A stretch of 16,898 nt of DNA from an uncultured cyanobacterium. Lineage in GTDB: Bacteria; Cyanobacteriota; Cyanobacteriia; Cyanobacteriales; Microcystaceae. The notes beneath the pieces are model-generated. The model was not told the DNA's origin and did not search any database. It was given only the letters and a program-made list of their open reading frames with translations. Positions 9,841 to 16,408 of this stretch are shown here, piece by piece. Location of the stretch: assembly GCA_963807635.1 (NCBI GenBank), contig CAWEDJ010000058.1, positions 1 to 16,898 on the forward strand. The letters run 5' to 3'. The first letter of the stretch is position 1. The number at the start of each line of letters is the position of its first letter. Both the position numbers and the translations under genes were made by a program.

Positions 9841-10380
9841 TTAAACTTCGGGAGGAGGCGGAGTGGGTAATTTGCGGATTTCTGAATAAAACGCGCTATA
9901 ACTAAAGCGATCGCGTTGTTGGATTAGGCTCGTCCGCAAGCGTAAATTGGCACTAGCAAACCACAGCCGTTCCTCGGTATAGACCGTATCAGACTCTAGA
10001 ATGAGCGTTAAACTTTCATCGGCGGCTAAGAGATAGCGTCCTGACAGCATCAAACTGCCTGGTTTGGCGACACTGCGAAATAATTTTCCCGTCAATCCTG
10101 TTTCATTTTCGGGTAAAAACAGCCATAGCGTTGAACCCTTTTGTTTCGTTGCGCCCCAATCTCCGACGGTTTCCCAACTGGTTTTGATTCCTCCCAAGCT
10201 TTGGGCAGAATTGATTTGATAGGCTTGACAGAGAGATTGGAGTTCGGCATCCCCAGGGTTAATTTTCTCCATATTCAGTTCTGACTTTTGATTTTCAGCA
10301 TTATTCTGATCAAAGTCGTAACGGGTACGCTGGGAAAACCATTTTCCTGTACAGGATTCCAAAAAGGCTAGAACTTCCAT
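9841..10380 (-). CDS. cpcU: CpcS/CpeS-family phycobiliprotein lyase, CpcU-like
   Basis: GKWFSQRT, EERLWFASANLRLRTS and SAFYSEIRK define the family. The WETVGDWGATKQKGST segment resembles CpcU rather than CpcS (subfamily call from memory). Confidence 0.8.
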   Translation of the reverse strand: MEVLAFLESCTGKWFSQRTRYDFDQNNAENQKSELNMEKINPGDAELQSLCQAYQINSAQSLGGIKTSWETVGDWGATKQKGSTLWLFLPENETGLTGKLFRSVAKPGSLMLSGRYLLAADESLTLILESDTVYTEERLWFASANLRLRTSLIQQRDRFSYSAFYSEIRKLPTPPPPEV

Positions 10381-10425
10381 GAATAGTTGAAGATTTGCAA
10401 GGGACGAATACTGACAAAATTAATT

Positions 10426-11095
10426 TTAAGTCATTTCGAGTCTTTGTAGAGAGTAAATTGCGGCTTGTCTGACCTGGGGGTGTTCATCTTTCACAAAGAA
10501 ACGGAGGGCGGATAGGCTTTGATCGGAGGGTAAATTGCCCAAGGCTTCGGCTAGACGTTGACGAATTAACCAATCTTCCGAACTGGCAAATTTTAAAATG
10601 GCTTCAACCGTATCGATCGCTTTAATTTCTCCTAATGCTGCGATCGCGGCCTGCTGGACAACGGTTTCTGAGCTATCAAGGGCTTTTAATAAAACTTGTT
10701 TCGACCGAATATCCTGCAAATTACCGAGGGAAACCGCCGCACTAAAGCGCACTAACCATTCCGTATCCTCATAAAAAGCGCGAACAAGGGGTTCTAAGGC
10801 TCGTCCGTCTTTCAAATACCCCAAGGCACCCGCCGCATCGGCCCGAATACCGTAATCAGGGTCAGTTTCTAATAATTTGGTCAAAATAGCGAAGCATTCG
10901 TCGGTCTGTTTAATCCCTAGCGCGAAAACGGCCATGGATCGCACTTGAAGCATTTCATCATCTAGAACTTTTTTGATCAGGGGAACGGCATCTTCATCGG
11001 CAACTTCTCGCAGGGAAACCAAGGCCAACACGGCGATCGCGGGAATTGGTGCTTTCTAGCTGGGTCGCAATTTGTTCGAGGGTGAGTTGACTCAT
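10426..11095 (-). CDS. nblB: HEAT-repeat NblB-like phycobilisome-associated protein; +1 frame break at ~11032
   Basis: True N terminus MSQLTLEQIATQLESTNSRDR from ATG 11095, then one extra base beside HIP1 11033-11040, then LALVSLRE...DYGIRADAAGALGYL...WLVRFSAAVSLGNL...DWLIRQRLAEALGNL. Confidence 0.82.
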
Positions 11096-11206
11096 GGGGG
11101 TTTCTCAACATTTCTTAATATTCTTTCTCATATTGTAACGAGGGAATGGGGGAATTGTATTAATGCTCAGAAATTCGGCGTATTCAGATTTTGGGTAAAA
11201 GTCGCG

Positions 11207-11239
11207 ATCGCCTTTCATCAAGTTACAAAACTCGCGATC
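11207..11239. repeat. 33-bp direct repeat, left copy (HIP1-bounded)
   Basis: ATCGCCTTTCATCAAGTTACAAAACTCGCGATC; 32/33 identical to 11849-11881. It begins inside intact HIP1 11204-11211 and ends in broken GCGATCaa. Confidence 0.95.
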
Positions 11240-11264
11240 AAACTCTATTACTCAATACCTTAAT

Positions 11265-11507
11265 CTATGCCAATTCTAAATGTGTAACTGGAATTTTTTC
11301 CGTTTTTTCAGGGGTTTTTAGTCCAGTTGCTACAGCATGAACAGTATGCAATATTTCAGCAGAATAATAACGATTGCCGCAGTTATTACACACACCAATC
11401 GTCACGTCTTCAAGAATGACAAAACCATCTCTATGTTTGAAGACTTCTCGTTTAATAAGGCGAGGTTGAACCGTTCCTTCACAGTATTCGCATTGATAGC
11501 CGTACAT
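11265..11507 (-). CDS. YgiT-type zinc-finger protein (MqsA N-domain-like antitoxin), 80 aa
   Basis: MYGYQCEYCEG...VILEDVTIGVCNNCGNRYYSAE has two CxxC pairs. ATG 11507 lies 4 nt after the upstream gene's stop; no HTH domain follows. Confidence 0.85.
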   Translation of the reverse strand: MYGYQCEYCEGTVQPRLIKREVFKHRDGFVILEDVTIGVCNNCGNRYYSAEILHTVHAVATGLKTPEKTEKIPVTHLELA

Positions 11508-11511
11508 GGAG

Positions 11512-11807
11512 TTAGCCCTCAAGTTTGGTGATTTCATAAACTGTAATAATCAAATAACGTCCGCTAGTGGCGAAACGCCCAACTACCCCGACGGGAGTTT
11601 GTAGATTAACTGCGGTTCCTGCAACAATGTATTTTGATCCCCTGGGATCATCTTTTTCAATCCGAACAACACGACCGTTTAAAATCGCTGTTTCTACATC
11701 GATGATGGTTAGATAGTCTTCGCCATTTCTTCCATTGCATGGGCTGACATATCGTATTGTTGCAATCGGATTTTTTGACGGATACGATCAATGTCGTTGT
11801 TTGACAC
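11512..11807 (-). CDS. DUF4258-family putative RNase toxin; -1 frame break at ~11722
   Basis: Not in the ORF track. From GTG 11807: MSNNDIDRIRQKIRLQQYDMSAHAMEEM[A]EDYLTIIDVETAILNGRVVRIEKDDPRGSKYIVAG...RYLIITVYEITKLEG*. The SxHA.E.M, D+E.AI.NG and IITVY motifs and the pairing with a YgiT finger are typical of DUF4258. Confidence 0.85.
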
Positions 11808-11813
11808 GAGCTA

Positions 11814-11863
11814 AATTTTGTTACGATTCGGTGATCATAGCAAAATTAATCGCCTTTCATCAA
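11814..11863 (-). promoter_or_regulatory. Putative toxin-antitoxin promoter with overlapping inverted repeat
   Basis: Minus strand TTGATG (11863-11858)-N18-TATGAT (11839-11834) with extended TG. Inverted repeat AATTTTGTTACGAT (11814-11827) / ATCATAGCAAAATT (11834-11847), 12/14. Confidence 0.6.
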
Positions 11864-11881
11864 ATTACAAAACTCGCGATC
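11849..11881. repeat. 33-bp direct repeat, right copy (HIP1-bounded)
   Basis: ATCGCCTTTCATCAAATTACAAAACTCGCGATC. It begins in broken HIP1 (ttaATCGC) and ends inside intact HIP1 11876-11883. Confidence 0.95.
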
Positions 11882-11985
11882 GCGTTGTTGATATTTAAAG
11901 ATGAATAGGGGATCTAGGTCAGTGAAAAGAAATTTTAAGTAATAGAATTAAGATTGTCTAAATTTCACTGTTATCTTCTTGCAAT

Positions 11986-12033
11986 ATGCCGTTAAGTTGG
12001 AATGAAATTAAAAGTCGGGCGATCGCCTTTTAA
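11986..12033 (+). pseudogene. 5' remnant (15 codons) of an MmeI-family type IIL restriction-modification gene
   Basis: ATG CCG TTA AGT TGG AAT GAA ATT AAA AGT CGG GCG ATC GCC TTT TAA = MPLSWNEIKSRAIAF*. This matches the MmeI N terminus as I recall it (MALSWNEIRRKAIEF) at 10/15 and ends 4 nt after HIP1 12019-12026. Confidence 0.75.
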
Positions 12034-12966
12034 CAATTAGAAGAAGAAAGGTTGGCGATCGCCTGGGAAATAAAAGGTAAAATTTGAGGATTACTCGCGT
12101 TTTCCTGCCCTTCCGTAAAAACCGTTAATAAATAGGGTTGTTTGTTGGGAATTTCAATATAGGCCGCATCATGGCGTACCTTACTTGTCCAGCCAGCCTT
12201 TGACCACAATTGAGCATTTTTGGGTAAAACTTCCCCTAAAAAGCCTGTAACCTGATTTTCTTCTCCTGCTTCAGGTTTCGCTACGTTTAAAGACCGTTTT
12301 AATAATTTCATCATTTGTTGCGATCGCACCGAAGAAACCGCCACACCGCCAACAATACTATGCAATAAACGAGCAACCGCATCGGTAGTTAACATATTGC
12401 GATTATCCAGCATTTTTCCCACAAAAGCCCGTTCTCGACCATGGGGCCTTCATTCCAGGGTTTTTGATTCACATTAATTCCGTTTAATTCTTCCCACCCT
12501 AAATTTTGAAAATAACGATTGACTAAATTGCGTTGATGTTTCCAGGTTTCAAAGGGCGCGTCGGGTAATTCGGGGCCGCTGGTTGTTCCCGTCAAAGTAT
12601 CCACAATTAAACTCGTGGCATCATTACTCGAATCCACGATCATATCGGTAATCGCCCGTTCTAATTCGGCAAACTTTCGATCATGTTACCTTCTAGCCAT
12701 TCCGCGATCGCAACGAGATAAAACAATTTGACCAAACTAGCAGGATAAATGCGTTCAAAACTGCGATAACTAGACCCCCGCACTGAATGCTTCCAAAATT
12801 CTTCTGCTGAGATAGCCCCGCCCGTATTGACAATTACTGGCTCATCATAAACGATCCAAGTGAGAGCAATTTGATCCCGTTTTAAACTAGGAAATTCCTG
12901 AAAAGCTGAATCTAAAATCGTCTGGACAGTTTGGTTGAGAGCTTGATCGGGACGGAAAAAAGTCAT
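12030..12966 (-). CDS. Class A beta-lactamase-like serine hydrolase; two -1 frame breaks (~12443, ~12671)
   Basis: YPASLVKLFY (SxxK), DSSNDAT (SxN) and WSKAGWTS (KxG). The three track ORFs join as ...IES[L]AELERAITDMIVDSSND... and ...WNEGP[Y]GRERAFVGKML... Confidence 0.88.
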
Positions 12967-12994
12967 GAGTTGAGAAACCAGAGATTTTTTTTAT

Positions 12995-13189
12995 CAGTAA
13001 AGAAGGCTTTTAAAACTTCTCATTTTCAGACGCTTTACATTTGACGGTAATACGGTATGAGAGACAAAAAAAGCGTTTCGTTACCGATTTTATCCGACAA
13101 CAGAACAAGAGTCCCTTTTGCGGAGTACTTTAGATTGCGTAACATCAGTTTACAATAAATCTCTCCACAAGAGAACCCAAGCTTGGTAA
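12995..13189 (+). mobile_element. tnpB: Decayed IS200/IS605-family remnant: left-end hairpin plus 5' fragment of tnpB
   Basis: 13070-13189 reads KAFRYRFYPTTEQESLLRSTLDCVTSVYNKSLHKRTQAW*, the typical TnpB N terminus (KAYxYRFYPTxEQxxLLxxTxGCxRxVYN). ATG 13057 is one base out of frame across an A7 run. Imperfect upstream hairpin GTAAAG (12997-13002)...CTTTAC (13033-13038), preceded by TTTAT. Confidence 0.85.
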
Positions 13190-13263
13190 CTTCATTGAAA
13201 AAATCAAGCCCTTCCTCTTTTTTCCTCTCGGCAGGCAGGAAAGTTTCTTAATACCAGAACTGG

Positions 13264-13455
13264 TTATCTTCCGACCCGAATGCCACGAAGAAAACTCAAT
13301 AATCCAAAGACCTTCAAAATCCAGATAATCAGGGCGACGACAACCACAATATTCAAAATTCTTTTGATCTGACTATCCATTGGGATATAGCCGTTGACCA
13401 GCCACAAGAGAACCCCAACTACGATGATAACCAACGAAAACTGAACCAAGTCCAT
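13264..13455 (-). CDS. Small two-TM membrane protein, Thivi_2564-family-like (63 aa)
   Basis: MDLVQFSLVIIVVGVLLWLVNGYIPMDSQIKRILNIVVVVALIIWILKVFGLL...IRVGR; GAGG RBS at 13465-13462 favours ATG 13455. Confidence 0.8.
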   Translation of the reverse strand: MDLVQFSLVIIVVGVLLWLVNGYIPMDSQIKRILNIVVVVALIIWILKVFGLLSFLRGIRVGR

Positions 13456-13532
13456 AACTAACCTCAATTTATGGCTATTTCACACAAGCTAAGATACAGA
13501 CTCTCACCATATAAAAAATCAATGAAGTTTTT

Positions 13533-13616
13533 GTGAACTATCTACGGCAACGAAATAGCTCTCGGGCTTCAGAAAACCGACCCATAAAAAAAAGAACAAA
13601 CACTGGGTCATTTCTG
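13533..13616 (-). mobile_element. Possible decayed IS200/IS605 right end / omega-RNA-like structured remnant
   Basis: Minus strand ends GAAGCCCGAGAGCTATTTCGTTGCCGTAGATAGTTCAC, like the GAAGCCC-hairpin-TAGTTCAC right ends I recall. Adjacent stem CAGAAA..GACCCA / TGGGTC.TTTCTG (13570-13616). Confidence 0.35.
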
Positions 13617-13661
13617 ACAATCAGTTACTTGTTCTAATTTTCTAATGATTACAAAGTTGTA

Positions 13662-13692
13662 TTGGGTTAAAATCTTAAACGGCTTAACCCAA
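13662..13692 (-). terminator. Stem-loop downstream of murA, possible terminator
   Basis: Perfect 9-bp inverted repeat TTGGGTTAA-N13-TTAACCCAA, 30 nt after the murA stop; no clean U-tract. Confidence 0.45.
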
Positions 13693-13722
13693 ACTAAATA
13701 AAAACGATATGAGTCGAGTTAT

Positions 13723-15084
13723 TTAGACTAAACTCTCGGTATTGCTCAACAATTCAGAGGGAACATTTACTCGATGGAGATTCGCACCTAATTTACGCAA
13801 TTTTCCTTCAATATCATCGTAGCCCCGATCTAGGTGTTTTAAGCCTTGAATCGTTGTTTTACCCTCCGCCGCTAAACCTGCTACCACTAAGGCCGCAGAA
13901 GCACGGAGATCGGTGGACATGACAGGCGCACCCGATAAGAAAGGAACCCCTTGAACGACAGCCACATTTCCTTTGACTCGGATATTGGCTCCCATGCGTT
14001 GAAGTTCGGCAACGTGTTGTAAACGATTTTCAAACACCGTTTCTGTCACCATGCTGCTACCTTCACTCATGGCCAGCAACGCCATGAATTGAGCCTGCAT
14101 ATCGGTCGGAAAGCCAGGATAGGGCAAGGTTTCAATATCGGCTCCTTTTAGGGCCAGGAATTAAACGAATACGATCAGGGGAATCGATAATCACCTTGGG
14201 CCAATTTCTCGTAATTTTGCGATCGCCGAAGCTAGATGAGCGGGAATCACGGGAAAAAGACTAATTTCAGAGTGGGTAATCGCTCCTGCAACCAAGAAAG
14301 TCGCCGCCTCAACGCGATCGGGCAGAATAGGATAATCCGTCGAGTGCAGGCGTTCTACCCCGCTAATGACAATTGTATTGGTTCCTGCACCCATAATTTT
14401 TGCCCCCATCGAACAGCAAAAATTCGCGAAATCAATAATTTCTGGCTCCTGGGCCGCATTTTCAATAATGGTTTCCCCGTCGGCCAGGGTTGCCGCCATC
14501 ATGATGGTTTCCGTTGCACCGACACTGGGATAATCCAGATAAATTTTGGCTCCTGTCAGACGCTTGCGATTGCCTTTAACACTGGCTTGGACAACCCCAT
14601 GCTCAATGATCACATCCGCTCCCATCGCTTGCAGACCCCGCACATGGAGATCCACAGGCCGCGCCCCGATCGCACAACCCCCAGGAAGAGGTACGCGAGT
14701 TGTTCCTAAACGGGCGAGTAATGGGCCAATCACAAAAAAGCTGGCCCGCAATTGGGAAACCAATTCATAGGGAGCTTGAGATTGACCGATATTTCGAGCA
14801 TCAAAATCGAAAATATCTGCATTCTGCTCTATCTTTACGCCGATAGCCGATAAAATCTGGCTCATGCGGGTGATATCAGCGAGGTTTGGCAAATTCCGTA
14901 GGCGGCAATCATCTGAACAGAGGATCGTTCCTGCCATAATGGCCAGTGCGGAATTTTTTGCCCCGCTAATTCTCACTTCGCCTTTTAGGGTCGAACCGCC
15001 AAAAATTTCAATAACGGGCTGATTTAGATTCTCAGACTCCAAAGTATTTGTAATGGTGTTTGTTTCAATATGAGTAGGTTTTAT
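13723..15084 (-). CDS. murA: UDP-N-acetylglucosamine 1-carboxyvinyltransferase; two frame breaks (~14152, ~14199); start uncertain (TTG 15042 or ATA 15084)
   Basis: [65 protein letters not shown] and HLDRGY. The intervening frame reads [15 protein letters not shown], followed by [12 protein letters not shown]. Confidence 0.97.
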
Positions 15085-15246
15085 GACGTTACCCTCCGAT
15101 GGTTAGATGATGATATAAAAATTATGCACATAAAAAATCGCTCCTGAATTATACTAGAAAACTGTAAAATGTCTAGTTTTTTTTACTAAATTTCTAAAAT
15201 TCAGACCGCGATCGCTGATAACGGGAGAAAGTTTTCTCAAAAAAGA

Positions 15247-15276
15247 TTGACTAAATAACCTTTTATGCGCCATGAT
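15247..15276 (+). promoter_or_regulatory. Putative sigma70-type promoter of tRNA-Leu
   Basis: TTGACT (15247-15252)-N18-CATGAT (15271-15276), 35 nt before the tRNA. Confidence 0.5.
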
Positions 15277-15311
15277 GATTTATTGGTTACAAAAAAACTA
15301 AAAAACTATAG

Positions 15312-15395
15312 GCGGTACTGGCGGAATTGGTAGACGCGCTAGATTCAGGTTCTAGTGTTCGCAAGGACTTCCGGGTTCGAGTCCCGGGTTCCGCA
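15312..15395 (+). tRNA. trnL: tRNA-Leu(CAG)
   Basis: Acceptor stem GCGGTAC/GTTCCGC plus discriminator A; D arm GCGGAATTGGTAGACGC; anticodon arm CTAGA-TTCAGGT-TCTAG (CAG 15346-15348); long variable arm; T arm CCGGG-TTCGAGT-CCCGG. CCA is not encoded. Confidence 0.97.
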
Positions 15396-15500
15396 TTTAG
15401 TTCAACTTTGCCAAATCTAGGTCGCACAATAACTTTAAATTAGTGAGAAGATGAACAAAAAAGCCAGTCATTCTTACAAAGTTTATTCGCGAATTTCGGC

Positions 15501-16293
15501 ATGATTACCAGTTCGCAAAATCCCCTCGTCAAACAAATTCGTAGGCTCCATCGCGCTAAAGGACGACAGGAGCAGAATTTATTATTATTAGAAGGAACAC
15601 ATCTCCTAGAGACGGCTTTGGAGGTGAATTGTTCCTTAGAAACTGTCTGTTATAGTCCTCAATGGCAGGTTAAATATTCCCAACTTTACGAACAAGTTTT
15701 AACGCGATCGCGCCGAGTGGAATGTGTGAGTCCTGAAGTGTTGCAACAATTGGCTACGACGGTGAATCCCGATGGCGTGATTGCAACCATTGACCGAGAT
15801 TTTCAAAATTTAAGCCCGATAAAGTCTCCGAAGTTAGGATTAATCCTCGAAAGAATCCAGATTCAGGCAATTTAGGCACGATTATTCGTTCTGCCGTTGC
15901 GACAGGTGTGGAGGGTCTTTGGACGAGTGAAGATAGTGTGGAGTTGGATAATCCCAAGGTATTGCGGGCTTCTGCGGGAGCCTGGTTTCATTTGCCGAAG
16001 AAATCTAGTCCTGATTTGGAAAAATTAATTCAAGACTATCAAACCCAGGGAATACAGGTAATTGCAACTCAGATGAATGCACCTAAAACCTATTGGGAAA
16101 CGGATTTTAGGCGATGAGTATTATTCTTCTGGGCAATGAAGGGACGGGGTTAAGCGCAGATTTGGCTAACTTAGCGGATGAAACAGTCAGCATTCCTTTG
16201 GCTTCTCGGGTGGAATGTTTCGATATGGCGATCGCAGCGGCTTTGTTGTTGTATGAAGCGCAACGACAAAAGGCTAGTTTGGAAAAACGGTGA
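15501..16293 (+). CDS. TrmH/SpoU-family RNA methyltransferase; two -1 frame breaks (~15860, ~16115)
   Basis: MITSSQNPLVKQIRRLH...LLEG; restored LERIQD(S/P)GNLGTIIRSA, NPKVLRASAG and IILLGNEGTGLS; ends AIAAALLLYEAQRQKASLEKR* at TGA 16291-16293. Confidence 0.92.
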
Positions 16294-16408
16294 GATTGAT
16301 AAGTTTTACGAAAAGTGCGATCGCATTTCTTGGTTTTTAATAAACGCGATCACGAGAATCTTCATAGTAAAGCGAGATTAACTTGAGAAAAAAAACAAAA
16401 TAGATTCG

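Noticed and set aside
11072..11263. 63-aa plus-strand ORF
   Set aside because: TTG start antisense to the nblB start; runs through the nblB upstream region and the direct repeat; no family resemblance.
11196..12062. CRISPR array or classical integron reading of the repeats
   Set aside because: Only two near-identical copies 642 bp apart, no cas or intI gene in the window, and no clear RYYYAAC/GTTRRRY attC ends.
13188..13198. Self-target of the putative omega-RNA guide from 13532
   Set aside because: The match covers only 11 nt, misses the first guide bases and has no TTTAT-like motif in the TAM position; treated simply as an inverted repeat.
13205..13250. TTTCCT...AGGAAA hairpin as the right end of the tnpB element
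   Set aside because: Too degenerate and lacks a TCAA/TCAC terminus; equally explained as a 3' hairpin of the small membrane gene.
14236..14770. Plus-strand ORFs of 157 and 74 aa
   Set aside because: Antisense shadows of murA.
16178..16381. 67-aa ORF as a separate gene
   Set aside because: Wrong frame of the TrmH C terminus, which ends at 16293.
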